A DNA stretch of 37,559 nt from Candidatus Aenigmatarchaeota archaeon (GCA_017609145.1 JAFCEM010000001.1:1-37559), one strand, 5' to 3'; positions 1 to 7,546 are shown, counted from the first letter of the stretch. Translations and numbers: made by a program. Notes: generated from the sequence alone by a model not told the origin.

Positions 1-750
1 TTCGCTGCCATTTTGCTCTATAACCAGCTTAACAGGACCATATGTAAAGCTGGCGTTATTCCTAAAATCAAATCCTGTTCCGATGCTGCCGTTATAGTAT
101 TTCACATACTCAGTTGGTTTTGAGGTTGCGAGCCTGTTGAATATCAAAGTGCCAGAGTCTGCTCTTTTGGCATAGTAAATACCTGATGTATATTCGCTTC
201 TGTTGGTATCTATCCTTATTTCCAAGTAGGTGTTGTTCACAAGAATTTCTTCCCCATCCCAAGTGTAATTTAAGGTCGCAGAGTAGTTTGCCGCAGATTT
301 GGGGTTGTCTGTTGTGTCAAAATAGATAAAATAGTATCTCATGGTATCTGTTTCAGTGCTACCGTTCATAATATAGCTTACGTTCCCTATGGCATTTTCT
401 GAGGCGTTATATGCCTGAGCCTCGTCGAATTGCGACTTAACTTCATGCAAAACAGAACCTGATGAATTATATTCTATGACTCTGACAGAATCATTGTCAA
501 AGGTTGCTGATATGCCCAGGCTGCTAAGCTCCGAGGTAAAATTTATCTCAAAATCTATTGGAGTATTATCTCTCTCGTAGTAGGAGGCGTTTATATTGAT
601 GGATGTTCTGTAATGCCATGTTGAATTCCACCATTCATAGCTTTGTGCCCGGGCATCTGGTGAAAAAAACATGATAAATAAAAACAAAAAGACAGAAACA
701 GTAATTATCCTTTTTGCATGGCTGCCGCCTAAATACCCAGCTTTTTTCAT
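1..750 (-). CDS. Secreted or surface protein, N-terminal part only (C-terminus lies beyond the window edge); signal peptide and DUF2341-like WWNSTWxYR start
   Basis: Absent from the ORF track because it has no stop in the window. A reverse-strand ATG at 748-750 opens a stop-free frame running to base 1 (250 codons): MKKAGYLGGSHAKRIITVSVFLFLFIMFFSPDARAQSYEWWNSTWHYRTSININ... It has a hydrophobic h-region, an ARA-Q cleavage-like site and more than a dozen N-x-S/T sequons. Confidence 0.6.
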   Translation of the reverse strand, partial: MKKAGYLGGSHAKRIITVSVFLFLFIMFFSPDARAQSYEWWNSTWHYRTSININASYYERDNTPIDFEINFTSELSSLGISATFDNDSVRVIEYNSSGSVLHEVKSQFDEAQAYNASENAIGNVSYIMNGSTETDTMRYYFIYFDTTDNPKSAANYSATLNYTWDGEEILVNNTYLEIRIDTNRSEYTSGIYYAKRADSGTLIFNRLATSKPTEYVKYYNGSIGTGFDFRNNASFTYGPVKLVIEQNGSE

Positions 751-883
751 AATTATCCAAAACCCTCTTAATTCGGGGTTATCTGCTCCCCTCTGATAAT
801 TAATTATTATCTTATCTAATATTATATGTTATCTCCGGTTCCATAAGACAAAACGATTTATTCACATATCCCCAATTTTAAGT

Positions 884-1825
884 ATGGATATGAAAAACCT
901 TATTAAGAAGATCAAGAAGACCGGTGCAAAAAGAATTCTCCTTCAAGTTCCAGAAGGCCTTAAAACATATGCCCTTGATATGCTAGTGGCAACGATTGAA
1001 AAATATGGCATTTCTGTAATGCTCTCAGCAGAGCCATGCTACGGTGCCTGTGACCTGCGAGACAGGGAAGCGAAGCTGCTTGGCTGCGAGCTGCTTGTAC
1101 ATTTAGGGCACAGTGACATGGGTCTGAAAACAAGGGTTCCCACAATTTATGATGAATACAGGATGAAATTCAATCCTGTGCCCGTGCTAAGGAAAAACAT
1201 CACTGCTCTGAAGCCATACAAAAAGATTTGCCTCGTCACAACACTCCAATTTATAGATTCGCTCAAGTCGGCAAAGAAGTTTCTTGAGTCCGCAGCCGGC
1301 GGAAGGAAGAAGATATTCATAGGCAATCCTCTTAAGGCAAAATATCCTGGCCAGGTGCTTGGTTGTGATTTCTCCGCTGCAGAACCGTTCAGTAACATGG
1401 CTGAATGCTTTCTTTTTATGGGCTCCGGTAGCTTCCATCCCATAGGGCTTGCAATGAAGGTTGAGAAGCCGGTAATGTTTCTGGACATCGAAGCCAGAAA
1501 AATAAGAAGCATGGCAGAAGACAAAAGAAAGCAGGAGATAATAAGGGCGGCTAACATACACAAAGCACGGGAGTGCCGGGGCTTTGGTGTACTGGTCTCA
1601 ACCAAACAGGGCCAGATGCAGATAAGAACAGCGGAGGCAGTTAGGGATAAGCTCAGAAAAAAGGGAAAAAATGTATGGATAATCGTCATGGATGAAATAA
1701 GCCCAGGGAAGCTGATGGGACTGAAGCTTGATTGCCTTGTCAACTGCGCATGCCCCCGGCTCACCGACGATGTCGGGCAGTTCAAAAAACCAATTCTGAA
1801 TCCCGAAGACGTTGAAAAGTTGTGA
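884..1825 (+). CDS. dph2: Diphthamide biosynthesis enzyme Dph2 (2-(3-amino-3-carboxypropyl)histidine synthase)
   Basis: 313 aa. The N-terminus KRILLQVPEGLK...EPCYGACD...LVHLGHSDMG and the later conserved Cys residues (GQVLGCD, NCACPR) match the archaeal Dph2 pattern from memory. Confidence 0.85.
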   Translation: MDMKNLIKKIKKTGAKRILLQVPEGLKTYALDMLVATIEKYGISVMLSAEPCYGACDLRDREAKLLGCELLVHLGHSDMGLKTRVPTIYDEYRMKFNPVPVLRKNITALKPYKKICLVTTLQFIDSLKSAKKFLESAAGGRKKIFIGNPLKAKYPGQVLGCDFSAAEPFSNMAECFLFMGSGSFHPIGLAMKVEKPVMFLDIEARKIRSMAEDKRKQEIIRAANIHKARECRGFGVLVSTKQGQMQIRTAEAVRDKLRKKGKNVWIIVMDEISPGKLMGLKLDCLVNCACPRLTDDVGQFKKPILNPEDVEKL

Positions 1826-2710
1826 CTATCTTTTCGCCTCTTCGGCTATGTAATTTACAATACCCTGTGCTACATTGATGTTCGTTGCCTTCTCTATACC
1901 CGTTATGCCCGGATTTATGTTTGCTTCTATAACCTTGACCCCGTCCTTGCCCTGAATCATGTCAATAGCGCATATCTTCGCCTTGATGGCTTCTGCGCAT
2001 TTTAGTGTTATTTCCTGCATCTCATCACCCATCTTGAATGCCACACCCCTACCTCCTATTGATATGTTTGCCCTTTTCTCGTCGCCTGAAGCTATTCTTT
2101 TGAATGAGGCCAGAACTTCGTCACCTACAACAATGCCCCTTATGTCTTCACCTGGGTTTGGGATATACTCCTCGAGCAACACATCCTGCTCGAGGGTTTT
2201 CATGGTATCTATTGCGCTCTTTGCTGCACTTTTATCATCCATGAACATCACACCCTTGCCCCCGAACCCCGAAAGCAGCTTAATTATAACAGGCATCTTC
2301 TGCTTCTCCAGAATCTCCATGGCGCTTTCTTTGGACCCTGTCAGATAGGTTTTCGGGACAACTATTCCTTTGCTGGCAAAGACCTCCATGCTGATGAACT
2401 TGTTGTGTGCTATGAGTATGGTCTCTGCTGGATAGGGCTTCTTCACCCCCATATCATCAAGAAACCTGAGGATAAGGTAGCCAATCTGGGCCCGCTTGGA
2501 ATCAATCCTTGGCAGTACGTAATCAAAGTCAGCAAGACTCTTCCCCTCAAAAACAGCTTCAAGGCCATTGTCTATTCCGAGCTTGGTCTTTATGGCAGAA
2601 ACGGTTTCAACATACCTGAATTTCTTCTTCGCTTCTTCAATAAGCCTTTTCGTTGTATAGCTTATCTTCTTCGGGCCCGGGCAAAGAATCGCGAGTTTCA
2701 TAAGAATCAA
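1826..2710 (-). CDS. RimK-family ATP-grasp ligase (alpha-L-glutamate ligase type)
   Basis: 294 aa. MKLAILCPG...KPYPAETILIAHNKF...GSKESA...PVIIKLLSGFGGKGVMF...EEYIPNPGEDIRGIVVGDEV...ANISIGG is the typical RimK/LysX-type ATP-grasp layout. The substrate cannot be assigned. Confidence 0.75.
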   Translation of the reverse strand: MILMKLAILCPGPKKISYTTKRLIEEAKKKFRYVETVSAIKTKLGIDNGLEAVFEGKSLADFDYVLPRIDSKRAQIGYLILRFLDDMGVKKPYPAETILIAHNKFISMEVFASKGIVVPKTYLTGSKESAMEILEKQKMPVIIKLLSGFGGKGVMFMDDKSAAKSAIDTMKTLEQDVLLEEYIPNPGEDIRGIVVGDEVLASFKRIASGDEKRANISIGGRGVAFKMGDEMQEITLKCAEAIKAKICAIDMIQGKDGVKVIEANINPGITGIEKATNINVAQGIVNYIAEEAKR

Positions 2711-2722
2711 TAGCAGGGTATA

Positions 2723-3040
2723 TTAAAAAGCTTGTTTTTTCGTTCTTCTTTCGCTTGCAGTATAAGACGTTATGCTCTCTGAATCACTTTTCAGCAGGAT
2801 ATTCACCTCTGCAAGAACAATCTCAATCTCTCTTGCGAATCTCTTTTTTTCATACCTGCCCATTCTTTGTTCCTCAAGCATCCTTAGATGGTTCTCGATA
2901 TCGTCAAGTTTCTTCAATATCAAACGCTTCAATGGATTCTTCTTTGTCAGGGCACGTTCCCTTGCCTTGTTCCACTCCTTTCTGAGCTTCCTTATCTTTC
3001 TGCTCCATCCGGGTATCCTTAAAATAAGCCAGTCAAACAT
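2723..3040 (-). CDS. Hypothetical small basic coiled-coil protein
   Basis: 105-aa ORF, K/R/E-rich, in a tight gap between rbcL and the ATP-grasp gene on the same strand. No recognisable domain. Confidence 0.45.
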   Translation of the reverse strand: MFDWLILRIPGWSRKIRKLRKEWNKARERALTKKNPLKRLILKKLDDIENHLRMLEEQRMGRYEKKRFAREIEIVLAEVNILLKSDSESITSYTASERRTKKQAF

Positions 3041-3059
3041 AATAACCTCTATGTAAACA

Positions 3060-4322
3060 TTATTTTGTTTTCCATTTCTTTAAAGCTTCCGCGAGTTCCC
3101 TGTGGCTCTTTGCCTGCTCCTTGAGTGTTATCCCCGCATTCACAGCCTCGACGGCCTGCCTTGCTGCAAGGGCACCAGCTTTGGTGCTCTGTGGATGTGC
3201 ATGAATCCCGCCGCCCATCTGTATGATTATGTCTTTGCCGAGCATCCTGAATAGCGCGGGCACGAGACCTGGATGAAGTCCGCCCGAACAGACAGCAAAG
3301 ACGGGTTTTATCTTTCCCCATTGCTCTCCCAGTGCATTGTTTTCCCTGTCAGGTTGTATTATATCTTTCTCTATTTGCTCCTCAATCTCTTCGACTTCGG
3401 ATTTGTTGCCCTCCATTTTTCCTATTATTGTACCGATGTGTATCTGGTCCACACCAACAAGCCTTGCCAGCTTTGCCATGACAAGCATTGATATACCGTG
3501 CCTGGGGTTTCTGGTCATTGCGGCATGCATCGCCCTGTGCGCATGGAGCACCAGCCCAAGCTCCTCATTCCTCAGTGTCTGGAGCCCTGACCAGCCGCAC
3601 GTAAGTATATCAACCATGACATACCTTCCTCCGTGCTCTTTTACGAATCCTGCTCTTTCAATCATTTCCCTGGTATCGGCGGTCACGTTTGGCAGGTAGG
3701 CCTTCTTTTCGCCGGTTTCTTTTTCGGCTCTGTCCCTCATCTTCAGCATCTGGGCTACCCTTTTCCTGAAGGGATTGAATTTCTGGTCTGTCAGGTTCTC
3801 ATCATCCTTTACAATGTCGCATCCTCCCATCCATGCGTCATATGCAACCTTTGCATGGTCTGCCGTCTTCAGCCCTATCTTCGGCTTGACTATCGTGCCA
3901 AGAAGCGGCCTTTCCCTGACGCCAAAAATCTTCCTCACGCCCGCGATGCCGAACTTCGGTCCACTGAAGGATTTCATCAAAGGCCCAGGAAAATCAATAT
4001 CCTCAAGCCTGAGGTTCCTGACAAGCTTCATCCCGAATATGTTACCTGCAACACTGCTCAGAATCTGTGGAACATTACCGGGCTCGAAAAGCCCTGATGG
4101 ATATGCAATTTTTATGTGATTTTTCCTGATTTCAAAAACCCTTGCTGCGAGCCTGCTGACATAGGGTTTGGATGTTTTGACAGCAGCCCAAGTTCCTGTC
4201 GAGCTCTCGGATGCCACAGCTTCTGCCGCCTTCCTGATCGAGATGTTTCTTTCAGGTTCAATGTAGAAATTGCAAACCAAGTCGCTTTCGGGGGGTCTGT
4301 ATTTTAAGTCAATGTATGACAT
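3060..4322 (-). CDS. rbcL: Ribulose-1,5-bisphosphate carboxylase/oxygenase large subunit, form III (archaeal type)
   Basis: 420 aa with the catalytic motifs GTIVKPKIGL, GGCDIVKDDENL (carbamylated Lys context), HAHRAMHAAM, CSGGLHPG and QMGGGIHAHP. There is no small-subunit gene nearby, and the length is typical of form III. Confidence 0.92.
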   Translation of the reverse strand: MSYIDLKYRPPESDLVCNFYIEPERNISIRKAAEAVASESSTGTWAAVKTSKPYVSRLAARVFEIRKNHIKIAYPSGLFEPGNVPQILSSVAGNIFGMKLVRNLRLEDIDFPGPLMKSFSGPKFGIAGVRKIFGVRERPLLGTIVKPKIGLKTADHAKVAYDAWMGGCDIVKDDENLTDQKFNPFRKRVAQMLKMRDRAEKETGEKKAYLPNVTADTREMIERAGFVKEHGGRYVMVDILTCGWSGLQTLRNEELGLVLHAHRAMHAAMTRNPRHGISMLVMAKLARLVGVDQIHIGTIIGKMEGNKSEVEEIEEQIEKDIIQPDRENNALGEQWGKIKPVFAVCSGGLHPGLVPALFRMLGKDIIIQMGGGIHAHPQSTKAGALAARQAVEAVNAGITLKEQAKSHRELAEALKKWKTK

Positions 4323-4397
4323 ATATAATAATTACCGATTTTAATAAAATAAGAATTTTCGGTGCAATGATGCAAAACGCTAATAAGGACTGACAGA

Positions 4398-5645
4398 ATG
4401 GTTACGGTTGAGTGTCTGGGGAGTGGAAGGGAGGTAGGAAGGTCCGCAATCTCGGTGGTGTCGGGAAATGACAAATTCATACTTGATTACGGGCTTGATG
4501 TGCAGGACATGAGTGTGCCGATGAACCCCGGTAGGGACATAAAAGGCGTGTTCCTTTCACATGCGCACCTTGACCACTCAGGGCATGCCCCGAACCTTTA
4601 CAGGCAGGGCTACGCGAACAGTATCTATGCAACACCCACAACATTCGGCCTTACCTCATTACTGCTCAGGGATTCGATAAAGGTGCAGGAAAGAAAGGGC
4701 ATTCAGCCGCTTTTCATGCTTCCGGACCTGAAAAAAATGGAGCGCATGAAGAAAATACTGGACATAGGCAGGAGCGTAAAGCTTGGCGGCACGACCATAA
4801 GCTTCTTTGATGCAGGTCACGTTCCCGGAAGCTGTATGACTTTGATTGAAATCGACGGAAAGAGGATACTCTACACAGGAGACGTGAAATTCATAGATAC
4901 ATACCTTATGAAGGCAGGCCATACGGACTTCCGTGACATAGATGTGCTGATAACAGAATCAACATATTCGTACAAAAATCACCCGGATCGGGGCATGCTG
5001 GCAGACAAGCTCAGGGAAATAGCTCAACACACTGTTTATAATAACGGCACACTGCTTCTGCCAGCGTTTGCAGTCGGCAGGACACAGGAACTTCTCATAA
5101 TGCTTTATGACCTTGGTTTTGAGATTTATCTTGATGGGATGGGCATAGCAGCGAGCAGGATAATCATGGGTTTCCCGAAAAGCGTGAGAAGCCCAAAGAA
5201 GCTGGAGAAGGCCTTTGGCACGGCGCGCAAAATAAGGAACCAAAGACAAAGAGAAAACGCAGTCAAAAAACCCTGCATAATAATAACAACATCCGGTATG
5301 CTCAATGGCGGCCCCGTTGGTTTTTACGTGCCCCAATTACACAAGAGGGAGGACTGCACAATGGTGATGAGCGGCTATCAGGTCGAGGGTACGGTCGGAA
5401 GGAAGCTTCTCGATACTGGCAGATACGTGAATGAAGGCCTTGACCTGAAGCTGAAAATGAAGACGGAATTCATGGACCTCAGCGCACACTGCGGCAGGGA
5501 CGGGATAATAAACTTCATAAAGAAAACAAAACCCAAAAAAACGGTCCTTGTTCATGGGGACAGGACAGTGGAATTCGCCAAAGAACTGAAAGGCATGGGA
5601 TTCGATGCCGTTGCCCCGAAGAACGGGGACAAGATAGCCGTTTAG
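4398..5645 (+). CDS. Metallo-beta-lactamase / beta-CASP family ribonuclease (aCPSF2 / RNase J-like)
   Basis: 415 aa. It has the MBL motif SHAHLDHSG, then DAGHVPGS, the beta-CASP region ...ESTYS... and a C-terminal VHGD. Confidence 0.8.
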   Translation: MVTVECLGSGREVGRSAISVVSGNDKFILDYGLDVQDMSVPMNPGRDIKGVFLSHAHLDHSGHAPNLYRQGYANSIYATPTTFGLTSLLLRDSIKVQERKGIQPLFMLPDLKKMERMKKILDIGRSVKLGGTTISFFDAGHVPGSCMTLIEIDGKRILYTGDVKFIDTYLMKAGHTDFRDIDVLITESTYSYKNHPDRGMLADKLREIAQHTVYNNGTLLLPAFAVGRTQELLIMLYDLGFEIYLDGMGIAASRIIMGFPKSVRSPKKLEKAFGTARKIRNQRQRENAVKKPCIIITTSGMLNGGPVGFYVPQLHKREDCTMVMSGYQVEGTVGRKLLDTGRYVNEGLDLKLKMKTEFMDLSAHCGRDGIINFIKKTKPKKTVLVHGDRTVEFAKELKGMGFDAVAPKNGDKIAV

Positions 5646-5884
5646 ACATATCCGTCTACACGTCTTACTCCATTATCAACATAAATTGATACTGGTGGAA
5701 GTCCTTTCTTTTGATGACTATCACCAGCGTGCGCAGGATGATATGAAAAAGCAAATGGCTTGGAATAAACATCCAGAGCACGGTCTGATGGTATTGGAGG
5801 GTGGATAGGGCTAACCAAATCTGGATATGTTTTCACGACTAGCCACCTGCAGTCCATTGGTGACCCTCTTTCCGTTCTTATCAT
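5642..5884 (-). CDS. Hypothetical protein (doubtful ORF)
   Basis: 80-aa ORF filling the 260-nt convergent gap between the beta-CASP gene and the DUF1624 gene. It is Pro/His-rich with no recognisable domain and could be non-coding. Confidence 0.2.
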   Translation of the reverse strand: MIRTERGSPMDCRWLVVKTYPDLVSPIHPPIPSDRALDVYSKPFAFSYHPAHAGDSHQKKGLPPVSIYVDNGVRRVDGYV

Positions 5885-5905
5885 GAAAAAACATTAATTT
5901 GATGC

Positions 5906-6664
5906 TTAAAAAGCTTGCAGTCCCATTGCGAAGAGCACTGCAATGAGTATGGGCTGGTGTATAAGGTATATTAGCAGTGAATGCCTCCCAAGGAAACAGA
6001 GCTGGCTTATCGGGGGTTTCGAGCGCTCCCATATCCTGAGCATGCGCCCGCCCGCGGGATACAATTTGTTGCCGAAGAATATCCCGATCAGCACGAGCCC
6101 GAACCATGGGAGCAGGGGGAAATAGTCAAGCGTGTAGAATGCTGCTGGCCTTAATCCGAGCCACATCAGCCACGGAAAACTGAATATGACGAGCTGCAGG
6201 CCAATACCGATGCAGATTAGCACTAATCCAAGCAAAAGATTAAGCCATGTCCTGCCCAGAAACGGCCGCGAGATTATTATGGCAATCCCTATGAAGTGCA
6301 GCACACCGAATATTATGAAACCATTCGGCAGGAAGAGCCATGTTGTCAGCGTTATTAGAAGCCCGTAGCCGAAAATCCTTAGCCCGCGAAGCAGGTATTT
6401 TCTGGTAAGCTGTTTTCCGGTCATTTTTTTTCTTGCCCTTGAATAGCTGAGTGTAAGAGAAACACCCACAAGGAAGATGAAAATTATTGCTGTTATCCTT
6501 GCAAACAGCCACCAGAAACCGGAATAGACATCAACAGAGAAGATGCCAAAATAGTTGAGGTCAAACATGAAATGAAAAACAATCATCATCAATATGGCAA
6601 TTCCGCGCAGGAAATCTATCTCCCAAAAACGTTTGTTTGGGGTTATGGCTGCTTTTTCTTCCAT
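5906..6664 (-). CDS. DUF1624 (heparan-alpha-glucosaminide N-acetyltransferase-like) integral membrane protein
   Basis: 252 aa. The N-terminus KRFWEIDFLRGIAILMMIVFHF is characteristic of DUF1624, and there are multiple predicted TM helices. Confidence 0.7.
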   Translation of the reverse strand: MEEKAAITPNKRFWEIDFLRGIAILMMIVFHFMFDLNYFGIFSVDVYSGFWWLFARITAIIFIFLVGVSLTLSYSRARKKMTGKQLTRKYLLRGLRIFGYGLLITLTTWLFLPNGFIIFGVLHFIGIAIIISRPFLGRTWLNLLLGLVLICIGIGLQLVIFSFPWLMWLGLRPAAFYTLDYFPLLPWFGLVLIGIFFGNKLYPAGGRMLRIWERSKPPISQLCFLGRHSLLIYLIHQPILIAVLFAMGLQAF

Positions 6665-6891
6665 ATGGTTTTGCCCTCCAGTCTAACCTCAACAACCCTG
6701 TGGAGAGGGATGAATGTTTCCTTTCCTTTATGCTCATATGTTAAATAGGATTTTTTGAGTTCTGTTACTTCACTACCTGTTATCGTCTTCCTGTCGTCTG
6801 GCGCTCCCTTGTGTAGAATTATAATTTCGCAGTCATTCAGTCTGTCTGTCCACTTCAGCATGGTGAGAATATTGTTTATGCCCGCAGCCAT
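6643..6891 (-). CDS. UPF0248 / DUF504 family small protein
   Basis: 82 aa. ...LKWTDRLNDCEIIILHKGAPDDRKTITGSEV...ETFIPLHRVVEVRLEGKTIWKK matches the DUF504 signature (W..., hRGAP..., IP.HRI). It overlaps the downstream gene by 22 nt. Confidence 0.75.
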   Translation of the reverse strand: MAAGINNILTMLKWTDRLNDCEIIILHKGAPDDRKTITGSEVTELKKSYLTYEHKGKETFIPLHRVVEVRLEGKTIWKKKQP

Positions 6892-7079
6892 ACTTATTTA
6901 TTCTGTTAAGTACATAATAACACGAATCAATTCTATGCAATGGTGGCTTTTGGTTTGCTTGTGGCAGTGGTCCTTGTTGCGGGTTGCACTGCACCAGCTG
7001 ACGGCGGCAACAATACCGGCGACGGAACCCCGAGTGCATTGACTTATACTATTGATTTTATTTTAAAGAGTCATGAGAA

Positions 7080-7151
7080 TGGACCAGGCGAGATTCGAAC
7101 TCGCAGCCTCCTGCATGCCGAGCAGGCGATCTACCATTGATCTACTGGCCC
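7080..7151 (-). tRNA. tRNA-Ala (anticodon GGC), no intron, no encoded CCA
   Basis: Reverse complement: GGGCCAG-TA-GATC-AATGGTA-GATC-G-CCTGC-TCGGCAT-GCAGG-AGGCT-GCGAG-TTCGAAT-CTCGC-CTGGTCC-A. This is a full cloverleaf with the G3:U70 alanine identity pair. The anticodon loop reads TC-GGC-AT, so position 33 is C, not U. Confidence 0.85.
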
Positions 7152-7152
7152 A

Positions 7153-7296
7153 TGGGCCGAGCCAGAATTGAACTGGCGATCTCCGCCTTGTAAGGGCGGC
7201 GTCATGCTTCTAGGAACCTCTTACAAGTTCTTTCCCGGGGTTTCTTGCGTAAGCCCTTGGGCTCCTGTAAGAAAGGCCTCACTAGACCACCGGCCC
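7153..7296 (-). tRNA. tRNA-Val (anticodon UAC) with an insert (intron) of about 69 nt in the D-loop
   Basis: Reverse complement starts GGGCCGG-TG-GTCT-AGTGAGGCC... and ends ...A-TGAC-G-CCGCC-CTTACAA-GGCGG-AGATC-GCCAG-TTCAATT-CTGGC-TCGGCCC-A. The acceptor, anticodon and T arms are perfect. The two D-stem halves (GTCT / TGAC) are separated by about 80 nt where 8-11 nt would be normal. Confidence 0.8.
7206..7274 (-). other. Putative non-canonical tRNA intron in the D-loop of tRNA-Val (boundaries approximate)
   Basis: Removing about 69 nt leaves the D-loop AGTGAGGCCA and a 75-nt tRNA. The insert contains a 7-bp helix TCTTACA/TGTAAGA (7266-7272 with 7219-7225), a GCCC-AA-GGGC hairpin and a CCCGGG palindrome. 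I could not place an exact bulge-helix-bulge by eye. Confidence 0.55.
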
Positions 7297-7320
7297 ATTT
7301 AAGATTTTAACTCAAAACAG

Positions 7321-7330
7321 ATTTATAAAT
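7321..7330 (-). promoter_or_regulatory. TATA-box candidate for the tRNA-Val/tRNA-Ala transcription unit
   Basis: ATTTATAAAT is centred about 29 nt upstream of the tRNA-Val 5' end (7296). tRNA-Ala follows tRNA-Val after a single nucleotide, so the two are probably one transcript. Confidence 0.45.
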
Positions 7331-7342
7331 GCGCCGACCGGG

Positions 7343-7497
7343 ATTTCCTCCCTGAGAGACTTACCCGGAATTATCATATTAACGGTTTGAACCGCTAATC
7401 TGCATGTTCTTTGGGTAAGCCTTAGCCTTTCTTCGAACACCCCTAATGCAAACGAGGATTCCCTGCTTGCGCAGGGGATGTTTTCGAAAGGCTCAGG
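7343..7497 (-). other. tRNA-Gly intron 3, 155 nt, within the T-loop/T-stem (boundary ambiguous over a few nt)
   Basis: The 5' T-stem strand and loop CCGGG-TTCGATT are separated from the matching CCCGG-TCGGCGC-A by 155 nt. The insert folds into long helices: AGCCTTTC/GAAAGGCT, CCCTGC-GCAA-GCAGGG and GGCTTACCC/GGGTAAGTC. Confidence 0.7.
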
Positions 7498-7519
7498 AAT
7501 CGAACCCGGGTCTCCACCG

Positions 7520-7537
7520 AACTGCTCGGCAACCGAA
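7520..7537 (-). other. tRNA-Gly intron 2, 18 nt, canonical 37/38 position with textbook bulge-helix-bulge
   Basis: Anticodon stem TCACC/GGTGG; 4-bp helix CTGC/GCAG; 5' bulge CA|T; intron helix TCGG/CCGA with TTG loop; 3' bulge TT|C. The intron sequence is TTCGGTTGCCGAGCAGTT. Confidence 0.85.
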
Positions 7538-7546
7538 TGGCAGGGT

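Noticed and set aside
1147-1785. 212-aa and 124-aa minus-strand ORFs inside dph2. Similar long antisense or alternative-frame ORFs occur inside rbcL (3337-4119), SRP54 (7859-8617), leuS (13353-15342), hel308 (16898-18475), ftsZ (23996-24855), the thermosome gene (26982-28553), dnaK (30156-31943), moxR (32426-32917) and the primase gene (11332-11826).
   Set aside because: These are shadow ORFs. Each lies wholly within a gene whose product has unmistakable conserved motifs, and their translations are low-complexity (Ser/Leu/Pro-rich) with no recognisable domains.
5735-5800. GGATGATAT ... CTGA pair in the beta-CASP / DUF1624 convergent gap, considered as a C/D sRNA. The 260-nt gap was also scanned for a tRNA T-arm or other RNA gene.
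   Set aside because: The C box is degenerate (UGAUAU) and there are no internal D'/C' boxes. No GTTCRA T-loop motif or acceptor-type terminal pairing was found.
7343-7497. Possibility that the 155-nt insert in tRNA-Gly is a mobile element or encodes a homing endonuclease.
   Set aside because: It is too short to encode a protein, and there are no terminal inverted or direct repeats beyond the tRNA exon sequence itself. It is better explained as a structured intron.
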